From Octopus sinensis (lineage: Eukaryota), in contig NW_021834810.1 in the NCBI RefSeq assembly GCF_006345805.1, forward strand, positions 1 through 45,666: a stretch of DNA of 45,666 nt. The letters run 5' to 3'. Made by a program: the position numbers and the translations under genes. The stretch's first letter is position 1. Every line of letters starts with the position of its first letter. Positions 13,701 through 25,910 of this stretch are shown in pieces. The notes beneath the pieces were generated by a model. The model was not told where the DNA came from, ran no database searches, and saw only the letters and a program-made list of their open reading frames with translations.

Positions 13701-14223
13701 TTGTCAATTATTTTACAGTTCCGTGCGGTTATAACTCGCTCATCTTTTCCTGTTCTTCAATCATATTTATTCTGGTTTCGTTTTACACCGTTGCTATAGC
13801 ATTACTACAGTAGCTTTTCAAACACCTACAAATTTGTTTGTCTCTCCCAGACACATTCAAACCGATTCCCATTCAAATTGTCTTGGGATATTCTTTATTT
13901 ATGTCCTTTTCCTTATGCAATTGTATCTTCCAACATTGAAATCTTTATCTCTTCCGAAGCCGTTATATTTGTGAAGCCTGCGTCCTTTATTCCAAAATAA
14001 TCTGGAACCTTGTGAACTAAAAGAGAAGTAATATTTTCTTGAAGAGATTGAACGCTGCCAAAGAGAAAGCTGCTGTCTGCAATAAAAAAAGTGAGACAAG
14101 CTGACGGAATCGTGAATAGTTCTCAGGATCAAGATCTCCAGAAACGATTGAAATGCGCCTCAAAGAGAAAGAGAAAGTTTAACCAGAGTAAAGCAACGGA
14201 ATCAAATGAGCAGCGATACAGTT

Positions 14224-14532
14224 TGTTGTTTGTTTGTTCCTTCTCGAGCCATGCCTGGCTCATAAGGGCCGGTTACCCGGTTTCTTGGCGTATAGGTTCC
14301 CCACCTGGACGGGACGCCGGTCCGTCGCAGGTGAGCTGCAAGATGCAGGAGGAAAGAGTGAGAGAAAGTTGTGGCGAAAGAGTCAGCAGAAGTTTGCCAT
14401 TACCTTCTGCCGGAGCCGCGTGGAGCTTAGGTGTTTTCGCTCATAAACACACACATCGCCCGATCTGAGATTCGAACCCACGATCCCTCGACCGCGAGTC
14501 CGTTGCTCTAACCACTAGGCCATGTGCCTCCA
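14224..14532 (-). mobile_element. SINE family B, tail type 1, with 12-bp target-site duplication
   Basis: tRNA-like head TGGAGGCACATGGCCTAGTGGTTAGAGC...GGTTCGAATC. TSD AGCGATACAGTT at 14212-14223 and 14534-14545. Confidence 0.9.
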
Positions 14533-15250
14533 GAGCGATACAGTTGCGAATTGTTATCAAGAGTAGGCTCCAAAAGCTGGGAAACGAAAATGGCCGAGCT
14601 TGCTGTTAAATTTTAAAATGGTGAGCGTGAAATAAAATCAAGGCGGAAGTGGAACAGCCTGGAAATACCGCTGCGGGATTAAAGAATTTGCTACACTATC
14701 ACGGGTTAACGGATTCGATCTCTTTACACGAAACAATGGACAAAGTCTTCTACCCCAGCTTCACTTCTTCCCAAGAATGAAATTGTGTTGATGGAAACTG
14801 TTTTGAATCCCGCCAGATAGACTGTGCATGTTCTTGGGTTGTAGGATTCGTCTGGCACCCATTTTCACGTCAACTGACACACGGACGCTTTTAGTAGAGT
14901 CTGCACTGTTGCAAGAATTCGGTCTAGATCTCGGCTTCTGATGATACCAAAGAAGCAGTAGTCTTTTTTCCCCCTCTCTATGCCACCTCCACCAATCTCT
15001 GAGACCCTACAAACAGGCCATGGGTCTTGTATTTCTTCCTCTGAATAAGCCATGAAACCCAGCTCCAGATGACGGATGGTAAACTTCAAGATAATGTTGA
15101 AAAATTGGTTGCGCACAGAAGTTATTAACTGGCAAAGAGCAACCAACATGATCTAAAATATTTCCTCACATTCTGTTTATCCCACAATTTCTGAATGATG
15201 CACTTCGAGGTGTGTAAGACTTCAATTTAGATGTTAAATTCTTGTCGTGT

Positions 15251-15400
15251 TCATTATTTACATTATTTACATTATTTACATTATTTACATTTGACAGGTA
15301 TTTGTCCTCATTTTTTTTGTTGTTAACACAATGTTTCGGCTTCATCAGGTGTCTTGGGGAAATTTCGAGCCTGGGTTCTAATTCTTAGGGTATTTTTAGC

Positions 15401-15457
<57 letters not shown>

Positions 15458-15549
15458 GATTATCATTATTATTATTCGGGTCACTACCTGGAATCGAACT
15501 CGGAATCTTGGGGTTAGTAGCCTGCGCTCTTAACCACTACGCCATATGC
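15251..15549 (-). mobile_element. tRNA-headed SINE containing a hammerhead core
   Basis: A box TGGCGTAGTGG, B box GTTCGATTCC, (AAT)n, then GACAC-CTGATGA-AGCC-GAAA-CA-TT-GTGTT, then an (ATGTAAATA)x4 tail. Confidence 0.7.
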
Positions 15550-15937
15550 TGGAGACATCAAAGTGTTGGGGGAAGGGGATTTTACAGCTGAACCCAAATA
15601 TAAGCTTCCAGGGTTGAATTTTCTATATAAGAATAAATACATCGGTTAGATATATTCACGATCCTCACCTGTAACATCCACGGGAAAAAGATTATGAAGT
15701 AATTGATGCTACGGTAGAAACCTCAACACAAACGTGGCAGCGAGTTTTGAGGGGTTTTTTTTTTTTTTCGTTTTTCCTTCTTTTTTTTCTTCCGTTAGAA
15801 ATTGGAAAGTTGGAAAAGTTAAAAGAAGCCATCGCCTAAGGCATAACATACAGGGGTTAAAATAGATGACTTCAGCTAACATACAGGTTTTTGTACCTTC
15901 AAGAATTCATAAAAGTTTCGTTGATCGCTAAATTAAC

Positions 15938-16201
15938 ATTGCAGCTTGGAAGGTGTTTATAAGCCATTTAAGAAACACACAAAAACCGTTAGATTCATTT
16001 CAACATTTAAATTTAATTTGTCAAAATATTTTCGTCGCTTTGAGACCGCGACCTGTTCGCTGACAAAACTTCGTGCTCAGCGAACAGGTCGCGGTCTCAA
16101 AGCGACGAAAATATTTTTACAAATTAAATTTAAATGTTCAAGGGAATCTAACGATTTTGTGTGTTTCTTAAATGGCTTATAAACACCTTCCACGCTGCAA
16201 T
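15938..16201. repeat. Fold-back palindrome (~125-bp arms, 13-nt loop at 16064-16076), Penelope-pLTR-like
   Basis: Arms are reverse complements with few mismatches; the right arm continues into a unique tail. Confidence 0.9.
16017..16067 (-). ncRNA. Minimal hammerhead variant with swapped G3-C8 core pair
   Basis: TTTGTCA-GCGAACA-G-GTCGC-ggtctcaaa-GCGAC-GAAA-ATAT-TT-TGACAAA: 7-bp stem I, 5-bp stem II, AATATT palindromic stem III. Confidence 0.65.
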
Positions 16202-16979
16202 TGTTTTCGTTCCAGCACACGATCTCAGATCAAGTCACTCGCTATGCAAGTACATCTCCGTAAATTAATATTCATTTCTCAAATCCCGAAATTAATCCAG
16301 ACCTGTTTTAATATTAAAACGCGTGATTCGTTATTCTTGTGGTCAAATGAAGAAAAACCCACTTTGCACAGAAAATATACAAAATGTTATTCAAAACGAA
16401 TTCGAGACAGTTTGACAGGTTTTATGGACGTCTTTTGTATAAAAGTAGAAAACCTTGAGCGGAGTGGATTTACAATAATGAATGCTCAGAACGTTAAGAT
16501 TAAGTGGAAACACCACATTAATTTTGAATTCTGCAAATTTTATACTTTCCATTAAGTACATTTTGAAGTATTTTAATGAAAATTCTGACTTAGCCATGTT
16601 TGCATAACAGGAAATGTATAAAACTGACAAAGTGATATGTTATAAAATGGAAAAACCATATAAGCAGTAATAAGGCTTCTTGCAGGATTTTTAATATTTC
16701 CATCTTTGAAAGGAATCCTACAAAAGTCCATCTTGTTGTTCATTCGCAGAATAGATAATATATGTGTTTAACAATAGAAAATACTTGGCAGGAATTTACT
16801 GAGTTTAAAACAGTACGCAGACTTGCATTGTTTCGGTTTTAACTTTGAGATGGCTTCTTTGTACAATGAGGTTCCACAATATTAGGCTTGGCATCGAGAG
16901 GAAACGTGAAAGAAATAAGCTGATACCGATGGTCGCCCAGACATCAGGATGTGTACAGCTTTACGACGGGTATATATAT

Positions 16980-17208
16980 TTCTTTACTACCCACAAGGGG
17001 CTAAACACAGAGGAGACAAACAAGGACAGACAAAGGGACTAAGTCGATTACATCGACTCCAGTGCGTAACTGGTACTTAATTTATCGACCCCGGAAGGAT
17101 GAAAGGCAAAGTCGACCTCGACGGAATTTGAACTCGGAACGTAACGGAAGACGAAATACGGCAACGCATTTCGCCCGGCTTGCTAACGTTTCTGCCAGCT
17201 CGCCGCCT
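16980..17208 (-). mobile_element. SINE family C
   Basis: Reverse complement of the family C head and core. Confidence 0.88.
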
Positions 17209-17617
17209 TATATACGACGGGTATATACGTGTGTGTGAGTGTGTGTATGTGTGTGCGTGCGTGTGTGTGTGTGTGCGTGTGTGTGTGACTTGACTGTCCG
17301 CTTTAAAATTACATAATGGTATTTTAATGCTGACTGAGTGACACCTGAGTAATGCAGAGTTCTAAGACTCATTTGGCCGGTTACCCGATTTCCATGGCTA
17401 CCGAGATCAAAACTTTCTCTCTGAACAAGACACTGGTCTGTCACAGGGTGATTCCTTTACAGCCGAGTGGACTGGAGCAACGTAAAATTAAGTGTTTTGC
17501 TCTCCTCTCAAGAACACAATGCAGCGCTCGGTCCGGGAATCGAAACCACGACCTTGCGAATCATTTCATTTAATATATTTTAATTTTTCTTACAAGTATT
17601 TTATATTTTTTTACTAT

Positions 17618-17979
17618 ATCTCATTCAGAGATTTATTATTGCTTGCAGACAGTTTTTCGAAATCAGTGACGGAAGTTACTGGAAAAACAATAATTAAATA
17701 TTTGCAAACAGGTCTCCCTTCATCGAAAACCGGTGATTGCCGTACGCCGAAGACAGACAAATACCTAGAAACACTTAGGTTGACGAGAGAGGGATGACCT
17801 CCCTTTGCAAATACCATAAGGGCACAGAAAGTGTGCCTAAAGCCAGCTGGAGACGATGATCTCCTGGGGCTAAAAGCTACAGTAACACCCACCCTTAGTG
17901 GTTAGCCATATTGAGATGGCTAGTATACTTTACGTTGTCGAGCAGTTACTGTTTACATCTCATTCAGAGATTTATTATT
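17618..17979 (+). mobile_element. Retrozyme-like structured element, copy 1 (hammerhead partly deleted)
   Basis: 23-bp terminal direct repeat ATCTCATTCAGAGATTTATTATT (17618-17640, 17957-17979; period 339). CCGAAGA...GAAA at 17747-17771. Homologous to 36299-36664. Confidence 0.7.
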
Positions 17980-18676
17980 ACTTTTATTTTGTTTCTGTGT
18001 AAATGAAAACCATTTTGCACCTCCTGGATGCGATTTTTACGATCTGGGTTTTGTGTGCATGTGTTTTTATCATAAATGTTGTTTCAGCATGTCTTCCGCT
18101 GCATTTTTTTCCTCAAGTCCTCTTGCTTACTGAAGCAGAAAATACTTGTTACTCAATAAAGAGTTCAGTGAAAAATAATATACGGGAAAACGCAGAGAAT
18201 AGCGAAGGTCGCGGCAAAATTTCAGAGGAGACGGAAGGGAGGAAAGAAGAAGAAGAAGAAGAGGATAGGAAAGAATTATAATTTACTGGATCACCCATAA
18301 TTAAAGCAACAACTCAATTAGTTCTGCAATAATTAATCGGAGCACTTTAATCAAGATGAATTAAGTAATTGAATAAATAATGCTAAAATTTATTTAGCTT
18401 GTCACTCCTTCAAGAACTAAATATAAAACGGTAAATGGATTTTTAGTACAATGTTGGCATTTGTCTTTAAATATATTTTGGTAGTTCAAATGTCATGCTT
18501 GGCACCTGCTATCTTCTGGTACAGAATTGTGTTTTGCCAGTACCCGCCTTTATGAGCAAGGTGGCGAAGTTTGACGACATCTTTAGAATAGAAATACTTA
18601 GTCTTCAATTAAAACCCGCATTCTATCCTCGCGGTTGACAGTTCGTAGTCCCACCCCCTTGACGTTTATTTTCACC

Positions 18677-19271
18677 TCTTTTTACTCTTTCACTTGTTTC
18701 AGTCATTTGACTGCGGCCATGCTGGAGCACCGCCTTTAGTCGAGCGATTCGACCCCGGGACTTATTCTTTTTGTAAGCCCAGTACTTATTCTATCGGTCT
18801 CTTTTGCCGAACCGCTAAGTAACGGGGACATAAACACACCAGCATCGGTTGTCAAGCAATGCTAGGGGGACAAACACAGACACACAAACACACACACGCA
18901 TATATATATACATATATATATGATGGGATTCTTTCAGTTTCCGTCTACCAAATCCACTCACAAGGCTTTGGTCGACAATTGCCCAAGGTGCCACGCAGTG
19001 GGACTGAACCTGGAACCATGTGGTTGGTTAGCAAGCTACTTACCACACAGCCACTCCTGCGCCGAACCGCTAAGTTACGGGGATGTAAACACCAGCATGG
19101 GTTGTCAAGCGATGTTGGAGGGACAAGTACAGACACACAAACATACACACACACATACATACATATATATATATATACGACGGGCTTCTTTCAGTTTCCG
19201 TCTACCAAATCCACTCACAAAGCTTTAGTCGGCCCGAGGCTATAGTAGAAGGCAATTGCCCAAGGTGCCAC
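18677..19271 (-). mobile_element. SINE family A plus an abutting partial second copy
   Basis: Copy at 18677-19063 joined to an internal fragment at 19061-19271. Confidence 0.88.
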
Positions 19272-19324
19272 CTGTTGATGATTTGTTGATTAATCAACAT
19301 GTCATCGCTCGCTTATTTATTTAG

Positions 19325-19450
19325 TAATCCTGATGAGTTGAAAGTTACATAATATATTACATAATCGAACTAATGTTTTGCATACAGCATACCTGACCGC
19401 AACATGTTTACATCACAATGAACACTCTTAGTGAAACAGCTGTAGAAGCA
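19325..19450 (+). ncRNA. Degenerate hammerhead-like motif with ~95-nt stem II domain
   Basis: CTGATGA at 19330; GTTGAAAGT/ACTCTTAGT weak stem II base; GAAA-CAGCTG-TA at 19433-19444; stem I poor. Confidence 0.4.
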
Positions 19451-19614
19451 CCGGATAATATATTCATTAGTTTTTATTATGTTTTTATGTCATACTTAAG
19501 GTTCCACTCGTCTTAGGATATTTTTGGATACTATTGGAATTGTGGATTACCAAGTAGCGTTGAATTTCCCTTCATCTATGCATTCAAAGGTCTGATATTG
19601 GTTTGCTTAAATTT

Positions 19615-20008
19615 TATTCTTTTCTTTTATTCTTTTGCCTGTTTTAGTCATTTGACTGCGGCCATGCTGGAGCACCGCCTTTAGTCGAGCAAATCGACCC
19701 CATGACTTATTCTTTGTAAGCCCAGTACTTATTCTATCGGTCTATTTCGCCGAACCGCTAAGTTACGGGGATGTAAACACCAGCATGGGTTGTCAAGCGA
19801 TGTTGGAGGGACAAGTACAGACACACAAACACACATACATATATATACGACGGGCTTCTTTCAGTTTCCGTCTACCAAATCCACTCACAAAGCTTTAGTC
19901 GGCCCGAAGCTATAGCAGAAGACACTTGCCCAAGGTGCCACGCAGTGGGACTGAACCCGGAAACACGTGGTTGGTAAGCAAGCTACTTACCACACAGCCA
20001 CTCCTGCG
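19615..20008 (-). mobile_element. SINE family A
   Basis: Same as the other copies. Confidence 0.9.
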
Positions 20009-20555
20009 CTTGTCTCATTTCCTTTATTCTCTCTTCCCAATAACTGCGACGGGATTCACTTTGATATGCATCGATCCTTTACGGATCATCGTTAATCGTG
20101 TGTGCGGGTGGGGGGAAGGGGATTCATGTTATGCTTAGAAGCAATGCACATTACCAGAATTTTCGACACGATTCGAGCAGAACAAACCACTCCGAATTCT
20201 TGTTATTGCATCCGTGCGAATGGAGTCGGGGTGAGCGAGTTTGTATGGGACATACAAACTCGAATAATGTATAAAATTAAGTTAAAACAAGTTATATTGA
20301 ATGTATTAAAAATATCATTACTTGGCTTAATTTCATTATATGTGTGTGTATATATACCTAAGTAAATATCTATGTATGTATGTATCTATGAATGTATGTA
20401 CATATGTACGTTTGTACACATGCATGTAGATATACAGAAATGCACGCATATATACTCGCGTACAGATAAACTCTCTACCATATATATATATATATAGATA
20501 GATATATGTGTGTGTATGTGTTTGTTTGCTTGTGTGTGAGTATGTGTGTGTGTAT

Positions 20556-20601
<46 letters not shown>

Positions 20602-21129
20602 ATGTGTGTTTGTGTCTGCAAAACTATATGTATGATAGATAGACAGATAGATAGATAGATAGAATGGTAGGAAGGTAGGTAGGTAGGTATGTAGGTAGGT
20701 AGGTAGGTAGGTAGTAGGTAGGTAGGTAGGTAGGTAGGTAGGTAGGTAGGCAGGCAGGTACGTAGGCAGGCAAATAGATAGATAAATTGATAAATAGACA
20801 GACAGACAGGCAGACGGACAAGCAGGGGGAAGTCGTGTTTATTTTCCAAAGACATTTTTGTTTCTCTTAATTTGTATATTTGCGCTTATATTATATATAA
20901 CTCTAAACGATCATAAGTATTTTCATTTTATTATTTGTGTATGTGTGTGTCTCTGTATTTGTGTGTGTGTGTTTGTGTGTGTATGTTTGTGTGTGTGTGT
21001 GTGTGTTTGTCTGTATTTGTTTACGTGTGTTTATTTGTGAAATATTTGGAACGCTCTTCCAATCAGATTATATGGAATTATCTTAAGCATTCAAACTGAA
21101 AAACAATTGTTTTGTTTTGTTCCTTCTCC

Positions 21130-21175
<46 letters not shown>

Positions 21176-21279
21176 ATCTATCTATCTCTGTTACCTTTGG
21201 ATACGACAAATACAGAGACAGCTTTGTAATGTTTTCAAAGGCCTATGTCTAAGTCTTCTTATGTTGCTACTTACAGAAC

Positions 21280-21319
<40 letters not shown>

Positions 21320-21354
21320 CTCTCACTCACTCTCTTACTGTGTTACTCTTGCTT

Positions 21355-21396
<42 letters not shown>

Positions 21397-22166
21397 TGAA
21401 GCTCCCTCTCTTTGTGTGTGTATATATATATATATGTGTGTGTGTGTATGTATGCATGTATATATGTGTGTGTGAGTATTTATATATATATAATTTATAT
21501 ATATATATGTATATATGTATATTGTATGTACATATATATATATATATATATTATACATATATCTTTATACCTATCCACCTCAGTCATCTCTCCCTCTCTT
21601 TCTCTCTCTTTCTCTCTCTCTCTCTCTCCTCTTCCCTCTCTCTAAGATGTACTTGTGTATGTGTGTGTATGTGTATGTATGTATATGAGCATATATGTAT
21701 GTGTATGTGTATGTGTATGTATGTATATGAGCATGTGTGTATGTGCCTGTGTAGAGGAATGCTTGTATGTAATTGTGTTTGTTTGAAAACTAAATCTAGA
21801 AAACATATTTTGAAATTTAATATTAAATCATTTTAATCTGTATATAAGTGTAATAAAGCGGAACGAGGTTCCCTGCACACCTATTGATCGATACAGGTTC
21901 AATTATCGAATGCTGTTTGCTTTTTCTGTTTTTTCGCTATCTTTCTTTTGCTTGGGAAGGAATAACATTTTTAAAACTGGCCCATTTTCTCATTCTACAA
22001 CAAAGATTATCAAACGGGGGGGGGATACTTGGCTACTAGCAGAGAAATTTCAAATATTAGAAGAGAAATTTTACCTGGGGAGGAGAAAGAAAGGAATTTC
22101 CCTCAAGGCGAAACGCTAAATTAAAATAGAATACATTTTATATATACATACATATATACACATGTG

Positions 22167-22550
22167 TGGAGGCGCAATGGCCCAGTGGTTAGGGCAGCGG
22201 ACTCGCGGTCGTGGGATCGCGGTTTCGATTCCGAGACCGGGCGTTGTGAGTGTTTATTGAGCGAAAACACCTAAAGCTCCACGAGGCTCCGGCAGGGGAT
22301 GGTGGTGATCCCTGCTGTACTCTTTCACCACAACTTTCTCTCACTCTTACTTCCTGTTTCTGTTGTACCTGTATTTCAAGGGGCCGGCCTTGTCACTCTC
22401 TGTGTCACGCTGAATATCCCCGAGAACTACGTTAAGGGTACACGTGTCTGTGGAGTGTTCAGCCACTTACACGTTAATTTCACGAGCAGGCTGTTCCGTT
22501 GATCGGATCAACCGGAACCCTCATCGTCGTAACCGACGGAGTGCTTCCAT
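22167..22550 (+). mobile_element. SINE family B, tail type 2, full length
   Basis: TGGAGGCGCAATGGCCCAGTGGTTAGGGCAGCGGACTCGCGGTC...TTCGATTCC head (tRNA-Arg-like, TCG). The body matches 45003-45313. Confidence 0.9.
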
Positions 22551-22696
22551 ATACACACGTACACACACAATACATATGTATGAATACACACACACACACA
22601 CACACATAAATAATTGTTAAAGAAGACAAAAAACGTTAAGGCAAGGCAAACATCTCAAGTCATATACATCATTATTATTATTAGAAGCAATTCAAA

Positions 22697-22752
22697 GTCT
22701 TACAGCTGTTTCTGGGATATCCCGGAGTACGGGGTATTCCGTCATCGGAGAC
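22697..22752 (-). ncRNA. Type-I hammerhead-like motif (U4C core)
   Basis: GTCT-CCGATGA-CGGAATACCC...GGGATATCCCA-GAAA-CAGCTG-TA-AGAC. Confidence 0.65.
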
Positions 22753-22960
22753 AAATAGAGAAAATGAGAAGGGCATAGATTAATGGAATGACGACATCGG
22801 GTGCAGTAGTAATGGAATAAGGAGATGAAGAAAGAGAATTATATATCCGCTATATCAGAAATCTGCAATGGTTCCACATCTACCGTCTCGACTGTAACCT
22901 TGTAACCCCAGTAATCCGTTACCTAGAGTACTTAATCGTTTAGATCACTTGTGAACCCCC

Positions 22961-22991
<31 letters not shown>

Positions 22992-23004
<13 letters not shown>

Positions 23005-23275
23005 TTCGAGACAAAACCACTATTTTGCAAAACAAACAAGGAAAGACTTAATCAATACATAAAAATTTTTAATATAAAGAAATAAACCGCCACTACAAAC
23101 TTCATTAATTAAAACAGATTAGGAGATCGAAAATCCACCTGACGAATGTCATTGAAGACATGAAACGATTGTAGTGGCGGTTTATTTCTTTATATTAAAA
23201 ATTTTTATGTATTGATTAAGTCTTTCCTTGTTTGTTTTGCAAAATAGTGGTTTTGTCTCGAATTAATATTATATA
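22992..23275. repeat. Fold-back inverted repeat (107-bp arms, 70-nt spacer) in (TA)n, Penelope-pLTR-like
   Basis: 22992-23098 is the reverse complement of 23169-23275; the right arm continues ~80 nt to (TA)n. Confidence 0.92.
23135..23177 (+). ncRNA. Canonical minimal type-I hammerhead ribozyme
   Basis: CCAC-CTGACGA-ATGTC-attgaa-GACAT-GAAA-CGATTG-TA-GTGG. All core nucleotides are intact; predicted cleavage after 23173. Confidence 0.85.
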
Positions 23276-23373
23276 ATATTTTACTATAAAATTGGATTTA
23301 ATCCTAAATCTGATTTTTTCCCTGTAAATTTGGATTTATTCCCTAATATTTATTATATATATATATATATATG

Positions 23374-23440
23374 AAATAATTAGGGTTCAGCAAAGATTTG
23401 CTTTACCACATACCAAATCTTTGCTGAACCCTAATTATTT
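23374..23440. repeat. Perfect 27-bp inverted repeat, 13-nt loop
   Basis: AAATAATTAGGGTTCAGCAAAGATTTG / CAAATCTTTGCTGAACCCTAATTATTT directly after (TA)n. Confidence 0.9.
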
Positions 23441-23549
23441 AGTATTACTTAAGTTTACCATGAAATGGTCCTATTTTCATGCCGAATTCTACTTGGTGAA
23501 ATTATTGATTACTTCTTAATTAATTAATTTTACCCTTTGTTATTTACCC

Positions 23550-24402
23550 TGACATCGCCAGTTCAAATGTGGTCGGACATTGGTGGAAACTGTTCCTATT
23601 CCTAGACAACCACATTCCACCGTTGATGATGGCACCATCCATAAAGTGGAAGCCACCATTTTGGAGGATTGCCACATAACTATTCGGCAACTAGCCCAAA
23701 GAGTAAGTGTAGGATCCGTTGAAAAAATCATTCACGACCATTTGCATATGTGGATGTTGTCTTCCCGATGGATTCCACGGATGCTCACAGAAGCAGGAAT
23801 GAGTCAATTGCTCCCAGGCTCTTTTGACAATGTGCCAAGAAAACGAGGAGGACTTTTTAGGTAGACTTATTACACAGGATGAAACATGGGTCCATCACTA
23901 TGATCCTGAGACCAAAGTCCTGTAGAAGCAATGGAAGCATGATAACTTGCCACCTCCAAAGAAGGCTTCTGTCCAACCCTCAGCAAGCAAGATGATGCTC
24001 ACAGTCTTTTGCGGCCAGCACAGAATAGTGAGGATGGATTTTCTGGCAAAGGACTCCTCAATTAACGGGGAATATTAAGCTTCTCTGATGCAGAAATTGC
24101 GGGACACCACCATCAAAGCAGAGAGTTGTAGCATGCTGACCAAAGGAGACAATATCCCAGTTCATAATGTGCATGTTGTTCAGATGAAAGCACACTCCTG
24201 TGGCTATGAAAGCCTTCCTCATCTTCCTTACTCTCCTGACCTCGCATCATCTGACTTTCACCTCTTTCCAACCATGAGGTATTTTTTTGAAAGGGAAACA
24301 CTTTTCAGATGATGATGGACTTATTTCAGAGATGAAGTCTTGGCTCCAAACGCAACCTACCGACTTCTACAGACGAAGTCTTCACAACTGCATTAAGCGA
24401 TT
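23550..24402 (+). pseudogene. Decayed mariner (Tc1/mariner) transposase
   Basis: Frameshifted segments RQFKCGR...SRWIPRMLT (WVPHEL-like), LITQDETWVHHYDPETK, DNIPVH and HLPYSPDLASSDFHLF (YSPDL motif). No TIRs identified. Confidence 0.92.
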
Positions 24403-24553
24403 TGAGGATAATCTGATTCCTGACAGTCTGAATGGTCATTTAGTTTACCTCGTTGTCTCGAATCAGTGCAAGTTACGTTACTTCATCTTGATTCAGTCAG
24501 TTGCATATTTTCTCCCACGAAAAACTGAGCTTATGCTTTCACAAACAATTATT

Positions 24554-24585
<32 letters not shown>

Positions 24586-24620
24586 CCTTATTATTATTAT
24601 TATTATCATTATTATTATTA

Positions 24621-24676
<56 letters not shown>

Positions 24677-25742
24677 CGTTGTTGATCATGTTTAATTTTA
24701 GGTCAGCTCTTATCATGCATACTAAAAGCCAGAAAAACTCCATACATTAACTATCTAAAATTTCGTATATCACAGTTATTCTACATAATAGAGCAATGTG
24801 ACAGCCAGGATATTAAACCATATGGACGAGAGAAAGTTATCAATGTTTTATCAAGATAGGAAAGAAAGATTTTTTTTTTAAAAAAAGGTAAAAAGAGATA
24901 TATTGTTAATTCCAGATATGCTATGATGAGGCAAGTTGCTTGTTAATTAGTAGTGAGCATGTAACTTTTACTAAGAAAAAAACAATCATTAAAGTGTACA
25001 ATGTTTAGAAAATTCGTGAAAATTCCAATTTTAATATATTTTTCTGATGAAAATGTTTTCCGGATCTTTTTATTATTGAAAATTTCAACTACACAATTTA
25101 AACAGAAAATTTAATTTTAATTGACTGTGATATTGTTATCTAACATGTTTTTTAACGCTTCCTTTAATAAGTCTGGAAAAATAATGGTTACCCAGACATT
25201 TATAACATTACTTTCTACAGACACATCAGTAAAAACATTTCTCTAAATTAATGTTTAATCCAGCGTCAACTAATCATGTTGATTCTAGTGATTTCAACGG
25301 ATGTTAAACATGAGTAGTGAGACTGTGGTTTCTCGTAGGTGAGACTGATGAGTGGAGATGGAAGTTGGACAACATATCTGCCATGTGCAAAAATCAAGGA
25401 ATAGGTCAAAGTAGGTAGATATTGTCTGGCTTTTGAGAGGGCGACTTTACTTGTATGTATGTGTGGTTAGATGATTGGAATAGTGGAATGGTGTGGAATA
25501 TATGCGTGACTGCTTCTTTAAGTGGAGGTGAAAGAAAGTGAGAAGTTAGAGGAAAAAAATAATCGAATTTTGATTTCAAGTTATTTCAAATGAAAAATCG
25601 ATCATTTATGTGAGGGGTAGGGTGAAATAAGGATGAGGGTTTGAGTAAAACTGATCGATTGTTAATAATTTCAATGAGGGATGATGTCCCCAAACAAAAC
25701 CAATCTTTGTTTTCGGTGTCAATTAACAAGTGTTGTCGTATT

Positions 25743-25910
25743 AGCGCTGGAGTGGCTGTGTGGTAAGTAGCTTGCTAACCAACCACATGGTCCGGGTTCA
25801 GTCCCACTGCGTGGCATCTTGGGCAAGTGTCTTCTGCTATAGCCCCGGGCCGACCAATGCCTTGTGAGTGGATTTGGTAGACGGAAACTGAAAGAAGCCT
25901 GTCGTATATA
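25743..25910 (+). mobile_element. SINE family A, 5' half
   Basis: Head and core ending at the internal (TA)n. Confidence 0.88.

Noticed and set aside
14865-15149. 94-aa non-repetitive ORF
   Set aside because: No recognisable motif or splice context.
15477-15549. tRNA gene (likewise the heads at 14460-14532 and 22167-22240)
   Set aside because: A/B boxes are present but there is no clean cloverleaf or acceptor stem, and the sequence continues into SINE bodies.
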